Origin: Methanotrichaceae archaeon
GTDB taxonomy: Archaea; Halobacteriota; Methanosarcinia; Methanotrichales; Methanotrichaceae
Assembly (NCBI GenBank): GCA_963803145.1
Contig: CAWDLW010000015.1
Location: 192,001 to 256,000 of the forward strand
Length of the DNA stretch: 64,000 nucleotides
Direction: 5' to 3'
The notes under the pieces: model-generated
Seen by the model: the letters and a program-made list of their open reading frames with translations, nothing else
Database searches by the model: none
What the model was told of the DNA's origin: nothing
Shown here: positions 57,512 through 64,000 of the stretch, piece by piece
Layout: every line of letters begins with the position of its first letter
Numbering within the stretch: position 1 is the stretch's first letter
Position numbers and translations under genes: made by a program

Positions 57512-58495
57512 TCAACCGAATGGAAACTCGCCAACGTTGGCGCTATCGCTGTATCCCATTGATTCCCAATACCCCCTCTCCTCTTTATCAGTTACATCAA
57601 TCAAAGTGATCCATTTAGCCCATTTGTAGCCATACTTGTCCTTGGCAACGAGCTGAAAGGGAAAGCCTCGCTCAGGCGGAAGGGTGAGGTCATTGATTCC
57701 ATATGCCATAAGTATATTGTTATCTCTTAGATAATCCAGCGGAAGACCTGTGGAATAGTTATCTGCCGTATGGAAGATAACGTACTTTGCTTCAGGCCGA
57801 ATGCCGAAGCGGTTCAATAAATCCATAACTCTGAATCCAGTCCACTTGGCGTTGAAGCCCCAGCCCTCTACACATGGCATATATACAACTTCAGAGTAGT
57901 CCTGAAGACCTAAGAGCTCATCATAGCTCCAGTTAGTCTCCTTATTAACAAGCCCAGTAACCTCCAATCGGTAGGTTGCACGATCTATGAACTGAGTGCC
58001 CTGGATAGCATTGTTTCCTTGAGATCTCAGGGGCTCCAGAGAAACGCCAAGATACTCCTTTGCCTCCACTTCAGGCAGCTTGCTTGAGACAGGCACCTGA
58101 AATGTGACATTGTGCACGCTAGACTCCTCAGAGGCGATAGAGGCGATGCCTGAAAGCATCGCCAGCCCCATCAGCAGAGCGATCACTGAAAGCGCTGCTG
58201 CAATATAGCCAAGACGGCAATGCCGTAAGGATTTGCGCGGTATTATCCCATCGATAAAGATATAGCAGGATAACAAGAGTGCAGAAAGGCCGATCCAGGA
58301 ATGAATTGTATGGAAATCCAAGGGATAAAACCGAATATTTCCTGCAGAGAGATAACCAATCAAGCCAAATAAGGCAAAAACCACCGTGGCAATGCTGAGA
58401 TACTTATGAAACTGCTTTTTGAATCCGAAGACAATTAGAATTGTCAAAATTGCAGCGATCGCAGATGGAAGCCAGTGTAAAACCGAGAAGACCAT
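57512..58495 (-). CDS. Sulfite-oxidase/MsrP-like molybdopterin oxidoreductase with N-terminal 4-TM His-containing domain
   Basis: PCVEGW...WTG, LAYGINDLTLPPERGFP, YGYKWAKWI, GYWE..GY. Confidence 0.85.
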   Translation of the reverse strand: MVFSVLHWLPSAIAAILTILIVFGFKKQFHKYLSIATVVFALFGLIGYLSAGNIRFYPLDFHTIHSWIGLSALLLSCYIFIDGIIPRKSLRHCRLGYIAAALSVIALLMGLAMLSGIASIASEESSVHNVTFQVPVSSKLPEVEAKEYLGVSLEPLRSQGNNAIQGTQFIDRATYRLEVTGLVNKETNWSYDELLGLQDYSEVVYMPCVEGWGFNAKWTGFRVMDLLNRFGIRPEAKYVIFHTADNYSTGLPLDYLRDNNILMAYGINDLTLPPERGFPFQLVAKDKYGYKWAKWITLIDVTDKEERGYWESMGYSDSANVGEFPFG

Positions 58496-58618
58496 TAGAA
58501 ACTATAACTAGTGTCAGTATTAATATTAATAGGTTTATCTGCAGGAGATGTTTCACTGTTGACATATGGAAAATATAAGAGCCCAGGACTTGACGACCTG
58601 GGCTGGAAAATGTTTTGC

Positions 58619-59944
58619 CTATTGTTTGCTCTGAACCGGGATTGCAGTGGTATTGTTTTTCGTCTGGTTCTTGGTAGTATTTTGGAGGCCCAGCGTCACC
58701 TTCGAAAGCCTTTTCCTCGTCTCATTAATGCTGTCGCTTATCTTTTGGCCAATATTGCTCTGCCCGCCTGATGTTCCGCTTTTTACACCGCTAAGCCTTT
58801 GCTTGGTTGCATTTATTTGATCCTGCAAGGACATTACTGCCTTCGCTGTCTGATTCTTGGAGCTTTGGGCAGACTTATTTCCTGACGGCGCAGAGGTCTG
58901 CGTTGATGGCGCAGAGGTCTGTGTCCCGGTTACAGTCGGCCCCTGTGTCGGGATTGGAGGAGATGAAGGAGTTACAGAGCTCTCAGGCTTCATGGTCGGC
59001 TGAGTAATTTGTGGCACCTGACTAAATTGTGGCATCTGATTGAATTGTGATGCTTGGCTAAATTGCGGTGCTTGATTAATTTGTGGCATCTCATTAAATT
59101 GTGGCATCTTGGTTGTTTGTGATGCCTGAGCAGTTTGGGGTATCTGGGTTGTTTGTGGTACCTGGGCAGTTTGTGGTACCTGGGTTGTTTGTGTTTGCGA
59201 TGTTTGGGGTGCCGACGTACCGTACACTTGGGCATCCGTCAGTTGGCCCATATCCTTGTCAAGATCTATAGTGATCTGGTTACTGGTAGCATAATCATAG
59301 GCCAGAACTGAAGGCCTGCTGAATGGCGATATGCCGCCGAAGATAAGGCTGACCTTTGTGGCCTTCTTAGGTCCGAGCTCTGTGGTTGTAAACCCTTCCA
59401 TCGTGTAATAAGGCCAGCCCCATTGATCAAGAAGTGTGAAGTTATCAGGGCTTACAGTAAAGGGTGTTGTGCCGTTATTGGCTATACCTATCTCAAAAGC
59501 TATTGCCTGCTGATCCGGCTGCATCACCCAATCCACAATACCGTAGTACCTCAAGATTATATCGCCCATAATACCTTTGGGCGTCTTCCACCAGTTGATG
59601 CTGAACGGCTTGCCTCCCGTAGGAGTAACCTTCAGGAGCTTGTAGAGTGCAGTCTCGGGAACAGAGAAGATCAGCAAAGTGCGCCCTGGCTGAAGGCTTT
59701 TATAGGCACTAGGTTTATAGATATTATCCTTGCTGTCCACAAGCTCATAGGTGGCGTTGCTTGCTCCTAGTAGGCCCACATCCAATTCGAGATCCGCCTG
59801 AGTGTTGTTCTTGTCTTGCGATACGGGCGCCTTGGTCAGGCCGAAGAGCGTGCATTTTACAGCATCATTTCCTCCTTGTAGAGGAATAGCCTGAGTAAGG
59901 CCCAGGATCAAAGCGATAAACAGTATCAAAGCGAGCAGTCTCAT
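58619..59944 (-). CDS. Secreted protein with DUF4352-like domain and Gln-rich hexapeptide repeats
   Basis: GAGGGG RBS, MRLLALILF signal, NNGTTPFTVSPDNFTLLDQ, (QTTQVP)n. Confidence 0.7.
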   Translation of the reverse strand: MRLLALILFIALILGLTQAIPLQGGNDAVKCTLFGLTKAPVSQDKNNTQADLELDVGLLGASNATYELVDSKDNIYKPSAYKSLQPGRTLLIFSVPETALYKLLKVTPTGGKPFSINWWKTPKGIMGDIILRYYGIVDWVMQPDQQAIAFEIGIANNGTTPFTVSPDNFTLLDQWGWPYYTMEGFTTTELGPKKATKVSLIFGGISPFSRPSVLAYDYATSNQITIDLDKDMGQLTDAQVYGTSAPQTSQTQTTQVPQTAQVPQTTQIPQTAQASQTTKMPQFNEMPQINQAPQFSQASQFNQMPQFSQVPQITQPTMKPESSVTPSSPPIPTQGPTVTGTQTSAPSTQTSAPSGNKSAQSSKNQTAKAVMSLQDQINATKQRLSGVKSGTSGGQSNIGQKISDSINETRKRLSKVTLGLQNTTKNQTKNNTTAIPVQSKQ

Positions 59945-60088
59945 CCTTACCCCCTCAACCATCGACTTATGATTATTTATCTTTAATACTACCGCCAATA
60001 TTTACAATTCACTTATATACAGTTTATCCCTGAATATTTCGAGCATCTCTGCTTAGGAAATGTATATCTGCTTGTTACGCCATAGACC

Positions 60089-62158
60089 ATGGCGGTGTTC
60101 TTGTTGTCATCTCTCACCCTTGTAACCTGCGGTCTGCCTTATGCCAATGGGCCATGTCATCTGGGCCACCTAAGAACCTATGTCCCTGCAGATATCTTTG
60201 TAAGGGGACTAAGAAAGATGGGACGTGATGTTTTATTTGTCTGCGGCACCGATGCCCATGGAACTCCCATCGTGGTTAACGCCGAGGCGCAAGGCACGAC
60301 TCCCAAGACGCTAGTAGCCAAATACCACCAACATTTCAATGAGGTATTCAAGGGCATGAACGTGGCCTTCGACTATTTCGGCGATACGGATAACCCATCC
60401 AACTATGAGAGGACCCAGAATATTATGAAGGCATTGATGGATGGCGGATACGTTTATCCAAGGGAGATCGAGCTTGCATACTGCCCTTCGTGTAAACGCT
60501 TCCTGCCAGATAGATATGTGGAAGGCATCTGTCCCTACTGCGGCGTATCCGCACGCGGAGATGAGTGTGATCAGGGCTGTGGGCGGCATCTTGAACCGGG
60601 AGAGATTAAGAATGCCGTCTGCAAAGTCTGCGGAAACAAGGCCGAGTATAGGAAGCAGACACACTACTTCTTCAAGTTATCCGCCTTCAGGGATTTTCTC
60701 CTGAACTACCTTCCGACATTGGGAGGGACTGCTGTTGCAAGAAATTATGCGCTTGAATGGGTCCGTCAGGAGCTGAAGGACTGGTGCATCACCAGGAACA
60801 TGAGCTGGGGTGTGCAGTTCCCGGGTCACAATAACCTCGTTGTCTACGTTTGGGTTGATGCTCCCATCGGTTATATCTCCTTCACCGAAGAGTGGTGCGC
60901 CCAAAATAGTAGGGATTGGAAGGAGTATTGGAAAGACGACGCGAGGATAGTTCATTTCATCGGCGGAGATATCGTCTACCACCACTGTATCTTTTGGCCT
61001 GCTATGCTGAAGGGTGCTGACTATAGCCTACCGAGTGCCGTCGTTGCCAGCGGAATGCTGAAGGTTGATGACAAAAAGTTCTCCAAATCGCGCGGCTATG
61101 TTATCTGGGCGAAGGATGACTATCTTGACAAGGGCTTACATCCTGACCTTCTCAGGTATTACCTGGTAAGCTACACATCCCATACAAAAGAGGTTAACTT
61201 TGCCTGGAAGATCTTTGCAGAGAAGGTGAATACTGAGCTTGTTGGAGCCTTCGGCAACTTCTTGAATCGTGCACTGACATTCACAGTTAAAAATTTCGAT
61301 GGCATTGTTCCCCGTGGAGAGATTGATCCCGAAGTCATGGCCAAGATCGATGGAACGCTGAAAGAGGTTACATCAGGCATTGAAGAGTATGAGTTCAAGA
61401 AGGCGGTGGACTCGATCATGGCCCTGGCAGACTTCGGCAACATCTACTTCCAGGCGCATGAGCCTTGGAAGCTCATCAAAAACGATAAGGATAAAGCTGG
61501 CTCAGTTTTGAGAACCTGCCTTCAGATTGCCAAGGCATTGGTTATACTAATGGAGCCGGTCATGCCGTCGAAGATGGATGCTGCCTGGAGACAGCTCGGC
61601 ATGGATAACGTAGGCATGGACAACGTAGGCATGGACAACGTAGGCATGAATAACGTTAAAGACTGCAGATTTGATGAGGCTCTTGTACAGATTGCTGAAG
61701 GCCATGCCCTCGGGACACCTCAAATACTTTTTAGCAAGATGGAAGAAACGACCGTCAAAGAATTAGATAAAATCTTCAAGGAAAGGATAAAGCAAGCTGA
61801 ATCGAGGGAGTTGATAAAGAAAGTGGAGAATCCAGAGAAGATACCCTTTGATCTTTTCAAGTCAGTAGATCTGAGGATTGGTAAGATAGTTGAGGCCCAG
61901 CCAATAAAAGGATCAGATAAGCTCCTCAAGCTCATGGTTGACATAGGCACTGAGACACGACAAGTAGTTGCAGGCATAGCTCAAGCTTACAAACCTGAGG
62001 AGCTTGTCGGAAGCCAGGTAGCAGTAGTAGCCAACCTTGAACCTGCGAAGCTTTTTGGCGTCGAGTCGCAGGCAATGCTTCTGGCGGCGGATGTTGATGG
62101 AAAGGCAGTGCTTCTCAGGCCTCGGGAAGATGTCAGGCCTGGAACAAAGATAAAATGA
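60089..62158 (+). CDS. metG: Methionine--tRNA ligase
   Basis: LPYANG.CHLGH, Zn knuckles, [16 protein letters not shown]-terminal tRNA-binding OB domain. Confidence 0.97.
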   Translation: MAVFLLSSLTLVTCGLPYANGPCHLGHLRTYVPADIFVRGLRKMGRDVLFVCGTDAHGTPIVVNAEAQGTTPKTLVAKYHQHFNEVFKGMNVAFDYFGDTDNPSNYERTQNIMKALMDGGYVYPREIELAYCPSCKRFLPDRYVEGICPYCGVSARGDECDQGCGRHLEPGEIKNAVCKVCGNKAEYRKQTHYFFKLSAFRDFLLNYLPTLGGTAVARNYALEWVRQELKDWCITRNMSWGVQFPGHNNLVVYVWVDAPIGYISFTEEWCAQNSRDWKEYWKDDARIVHFIGGDIVYHHCIFWPAMLKGADYSLPSAVVASGMLKVDDKKFSKSRGYVIWAKDDYLDKGLHPDLLRYYLVSYTSHTKEVNFAWKIFAEKVNTELVGAFGNFLNRALTFTVKNFDGIVPRGEIDPEVMAKIDGTLKEVTSGIEEYEFKKAVDSIMALADFGNIYFQAHEPWKLIKNDKDKAGSVLRTCLQIAKALVILMEPVMPSKMDAAWRQLGMDNVGMDNVGMDNVGMNNVKDCRFDEALVQIAEGHALGTPQILFSKMEETTVKELDKIFKERIKQAESRELIKKVENPEKIPFDLFKSVDLRIGKIVEAQPIKGSDKLLKLMVDIGTETRQVVAGIAQAYKPEELVGSQVAVVANLEPAKLFGVESQAMLLAADVDGKAVLLRPREDVRPGTKIK
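61598..61657 (+). repeat. 15-bp x4 in-frame tandem repeat inside metG
   Basis: GGCATGGATAACGTA, GGCATGGACAACGTA x2, GGCATGAATAACGTT. Confidence 0.92.
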
Positions 62159-62176
62159 AATCTAGGAGGTTTTAAC

Positions 62177-63901
62177 TTGCTCAAGGTTGCAAATTTATGT
62201 AAGACTTATAAGCTAAAGAATGGAGAGGTCTCCGCCCTGGAAGACATTAGCTTCACCGCAAAGCCTGGGGAGATTTTGGGCTTTGTTGGGAAAAGTGGCG
62301 GGGGAAAGAGCACCCTTATGAAGATTCTACGGGGCATGGATGGTTTCGATTCCGGCAGTATTACACTGGATGATCTCACAATAACCTCGGATTCAAGCGA
62401 TGATATGATCAGAGAGCAGATGAAGATCACAGCGATACATCTTCAACGAGACTTCGCCTTATGGACTGAGTCTGCCCTAAATAACGTTGTCAGGCGCGTT
62501 TACTCCCGCACAACCGGCTATGAGGTGCTGCCTATCCCAGCGGTACTGGACTACGATGAGATATATGAAGAGGCGATATATTATCTCAAGCTCGTAGGCC
62601 TCGAGAAGAAGGCGCTTCATTTAGCAACAATTCTCAGTGGCGGCGAGAAGCAGAGGCTTCTCATAGCTCGTCAGCTTGCAAAGAAGCCTAAAGTACTATT
62701 ACTGGACGAGCCTGCGACGATGGCGTGTCCTGCAACAAAGCAAGAGGTTCTGGACGCAATCAAGAATGTAAACAAAGAGCTTGGCATCACTATACTGGTA
62801 GTATCCCACCTTCCCGAGATACATGGGTATCTTTCAGATAGATTGATCTGGCTTGATAAAGGGAAAATAGTTGCAGATGGCGAGCCTAAGGTTGTGCTCA
62901 ATAAGTTCTTATCTGGTATAGGAGAGCTTGAACCTCTTTCAGCCAGGTTGAGTGCGCGTCCCCTGATAAAAGTCAGGGAGCTTTTCAAGAGGAACTATCT
63001 TGTAGGACCTGGCGAGGTTTTAAAGATAGAAAATCTCAACTTCGATATAAATGAGGGCGAGATAACATCGCTAATAGGCAATAGCGGTGGCGGTAAGACC
63101 ACTCTACTAAAGATCATGCAGGGCGTAAGGATGCCTGATGCAGGCGTTGTATACTACCGTTATGGCGATAAATGGGTGGATATGACGGCATACTCGCCTG
63201 AAAGGATGTACATTCGAAGAAGCCTGGGAATAATGTATCAGGAGTTCGCCCTATTCCCCGGAGAGATGATTATAGAGCAGATAGCCTATCAGCTTGGCAT
63301 AAAAGGCCAGGATGTTATTGAACATGCAAAATCTGTCGCAGATGATCTAGGGATAAGCGATAAGGTGCTCGATATCCTTTACACACTTACGGATATGTCG
63401 GAAGAAGATGCCAAGGCAGTTCTAGAATCTCTTGGTCTCACAAGGGATGTCTTCAAGGATCTCTTCCCGAGGTTCCCAACGACAGAAGCAGGTGAGTTTG
63501 CTGAGCCCGTGTTCAAGCTTATGGATCTGGACCCAAGCATTTTGTGGAAGCTTCCGGACCAGCTCAGTGGCGGAGAGAAGGTCAGGGCCGCTCTTGCGAT
63601 ACTTCTGGCTGCTAATCCCAAGATACTGATACTAGACGAGCCCTTTGGAGATATAGACCCAATCACCTTGAGAGAGGTATCTAATGCCATAAAGAAGATC
63701 AACTCTGAATTTGAGACGACGATACTTCTTGTCAGCCATCATGTTGACTTCGTGAGGGAAGTCTCGCACAGGGCTATCCTCATAGATAAGGGCGTTATAA
63801 CCGCTGATGGCGATCCTAACTATGTTAGTGATATCTTCATAGCGAAATGTGGGGCTGCTTATCTGAGGCAATCTCCAGAACGCTGTCCAATCAACGGATG
63901 A
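62177..63901 (+). CDS. atwA: Methyl-coenzyme M reductase system component A2 (dual ABC ATPase)
   Basis: AIHLQRDFALW, LSGGEKQR, LLDEPATMACP, second Walker A, LSGGE, LDEPFGDIDP; AGGAGG plus TTG. Confidence 0.92.
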   Translation: MLKVANLCKTYKLKNGEVSALEDISFTAKPGEILGFVGKSGGGKSTLMKILRGMDGFDSGSITLDDLTITSDSSDDMIREQMKITAIHLQRDFALWTESALNNVVRRVYSRTTGYEVLPIPAVLDYDEIYEEAIYYLKLVGLEKKALHLATILSGGEKQRLLIARQLAKKPKVLLLDEPATMACPATKQEVLDAIKNVNKELGITILVVSHLPEIHGYLSDRLIWLDKGKIVADGEPKVVLNKFLSGIGELEPLSARLSARPLIKVRELFKRNYLVGPGEVLKIENLNFDINEGEITSLIGNSGGGKTTLLKIMQGVRMPDAGVVYYRYGDKWVDMTAYSPERMYIRRSLGIMYQEFALFPGEMIIEQIAYQLGIKGQDVIEHAKSVADDLGISDKVLDILYTLTDMSEEDAKAVLESLGLTRDVFKDLFPRFPTTEAGEFAEPVFKLMDLDPSILWKLPDQLSGGEKVRAALAILLAANPKILILDEPFGDIDPITLREVSNAIKKINSEFETTILLVSHHVDFVREVSHRAILIDKGVITADGDPNYVSDIFIAKCGAAYLRQSPERCPING

Positions 63902-63906
63902 TTCGT

Positions 63907-64000
63907 ATGGACCCCGAGCTTAAGGAGATCTTCGAGCAGGTATCTGAGCAGATCTCCCTGGATGAGTTCGAGAGCAGAGTCGAAGAGAAGATCTCACTTA
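63907..64000 (+). CDS. N-terminus of a probable RPA-like OB-fold protein (partial)
   Basis: MDPELKEIFEQVSEQISLDEFESRVEEKISL resembles euryarchaeal RPA N-termini. Confidence 0.5.
   Translation, partial: MDPELKEIFEQVSEQISLDEFESRVEEKISL

Overview
Chromosomal window from a methanogenic euryarchaeon, most likely Methanotrichaceae (Methanothrix-like). Evidence for that placement: atwA (MCR component A2), chromosomal protein MC1, a Methanosarcinales-type S-layer domain, DUF1699, archaeal kae1/taw1/metG, and an intron-containing tRNA-Trp. Bases 1-22 kb form an accessory block of secreted proteins: C69 and S9 peptidases, two Cys-type sulfatases with an anaerobic sulfatase maturase, an S-layer-domain protein, and an adhesin with 16 SdrD-B repeats. 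Several genes there carry frameshift or deletion lesions. The rest mixes housekeeping genes (kae1, purD, taw1, korAB, metG, atwA), three tRNAs, a TA pair, signalling genes and many low-complexity secreted proteins. Main highlights: (1) a bacterial-type queuine tRNA-guanine transglycosylase with a GGSLG pocket, overlapping a YhhQ transporter gene, suggesting queuine salvage in an archaeon; (2) a secreted protein with 67 Cys in C-x5 repeats, resembling a beetle-antifreeze-type beta-solenoid; (3) repeated evidence for non-canonical ATA/ATT initiation (MC1, a sulfatase, a HEAT protein); (4) amyloid/prion-like secreted proteins, one with an intact blue-copper site. All family assignments come from motif recognition by eye; no database searches were run.
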